Shown piece after piece: positions 31,424-32,000 of a stretch of 32,000 bases of DNA (position 1 is the stretch's first letter; every line of letters begins with the position of its first letter). This DNA comes from Mycolicibacterium smegmatis (GTDB taxonomy: Bacteria; Actinomycetota; Actinomycetes; Mycobacteriales; Mycobacteriaceae). The stretch spans positions 2,760,001-2,792,000 of the forward strand of contig NZ_LN831039.1 of the NCBI RefSeq assembly GCF_001457595.1, given 5' to 3'. The notes under the pieces were generated by a model, which saw only the letters and a program-made list of their open reading frames with translations, made no database searches and had not been told where the DNA came from. The translations under genes and the position numbers were made by a program.

Positions 31424-31983
31424 GCGCAACCACGGTGCACCGGACCGCGCTCAAGGAGTGGAGCGCGGCCATCCACGCGATGCTCGACGGCCGCCAGACC
31501 GTGTTGCTGCGCAAGGGCGGCATCCACGAGAAGCGGTTCGAGGTGGCCGCGGGTGACTTCCTGCTGTTCCCGACGGTCGCGCACAGCCATGCCGAACGTG
31601 TGCGTTCCGAGCACCGCGACCTGGTGGACGCCGCGGCGACCGACAGCACCGAGGACACACTGACCATCCGCGCGGCGGCCGAGGTGGTGGCGGCCGTGCC
31701 CGTCGAGCGGCCCGAGGCGATCGACGAGATCGTCGACCTGCACATCTGGACCGCCGAATCGGTGCGCGCCGACCGGTTGGACTTCCGCCCCAAACATCGG
31801 CTGACCGTGCTGGTGGTGCAGGTCAGCCCGCTGGCCGAGCCGGTGACGTTGGTGCGCACGCCCGACTACGGAGGCTGCAAGAGCTGGGTCGACCTGCCGG
31901 TGCGGGCCGAGACCGCGGCACCTGTGCACGACGCCGGGTACCTGCGTGACATCGCGGCGCGGGTGCGGCGTTCCGTGTCCTGA
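31420..31983 (+). CDS. DUF1802 family protein
   Basis: 187 aa. The GTG start overlaps the DUF2277 stop (GTGA). ALKEWSAAIHAMLDGRQTVLLRKGGIHEK.F......FLLFPT..H matches my recollection of DUF1802. Needs an HMM check. Confidence 0.65.
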   Translation: MSATTVHRTALKEWSAAIHAMLDGRQTVLLRKGGIHEKRFEVAAGDFLLFPTVAHSHAERVRSEHRDLVDAAATDSTEDTLTIRAAAEVVAAVPVERPEAIDEIVDLHIWTAESVRADRLDFRPKHRLTVLVVQVSPLAEPVTLVRTPDYGGCKSWVDLPVRAETAAPVHDAGYLRDIAARVRRSVS

Positions 31984-32000
31984 AACGGGCTTGACGCGGG

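Overview
This is a high-GC (about 67-68%) actinobacterial chromosome segment that looks like a fast-growing Mycolicibacterium (M. smegmatis-like). All family assignments come from motifs I could read in the translations and from remembered M. tuberculosis gene order. No searches were run.

Positions 1-21386 are core housekeeping genes. As I recall it, they are collinear with M. tuberculosis Rv2854 to Rv2836c. In order: a partial alpha/beta hydrolase, mqo, a GNAT acetyltransferase, a ChlI/ChlD-type chelatase, cobO, cobB, cysG, efpA, a VOC-family gene, proS, a Tat-signal protein plus DUF4439 pair, and the tightly packed rimP-nusA-ylxR-infB-rbfA-nrnA-dinF block.

Positions 21392-31983 look more accessory. 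They hold a SAM methyltransferase, an NMT1/SsuA-type ABC importer, a LacI-family regulator, a Gfo/Idh/MocA oxidoreductase-DUF993-TIM-barrel isomerase operon, an EamA transporter, an enoyl-CoA hydratase and a DUF2277-DUF1802 pair.

I saw no tRNA or rRNA genes, CRISPR arrays, transposases, integrases or recognisable defence genes. The best candidate for something undescribed is modest. An identical 14-bp LacI-type operator sits downstream of candidate promoters for both the ABC importer operon and the DUF993 operon. That defines a small regulon whose substrate is unknown.

Other points worth a second look:
- A 14-bp tandem repeat that duplicates the cobO stop/cobB start junction.
- An in-frame 12-bp repeat in the chelatase linker.
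- Back-to-back leaderless-type promoters between the hydratase and DUF2277 genes.
- Several small palindromes and hairpins.

Many long ORFs in the supplied track are antisense or alternate-frame artefacts of the high GC content.
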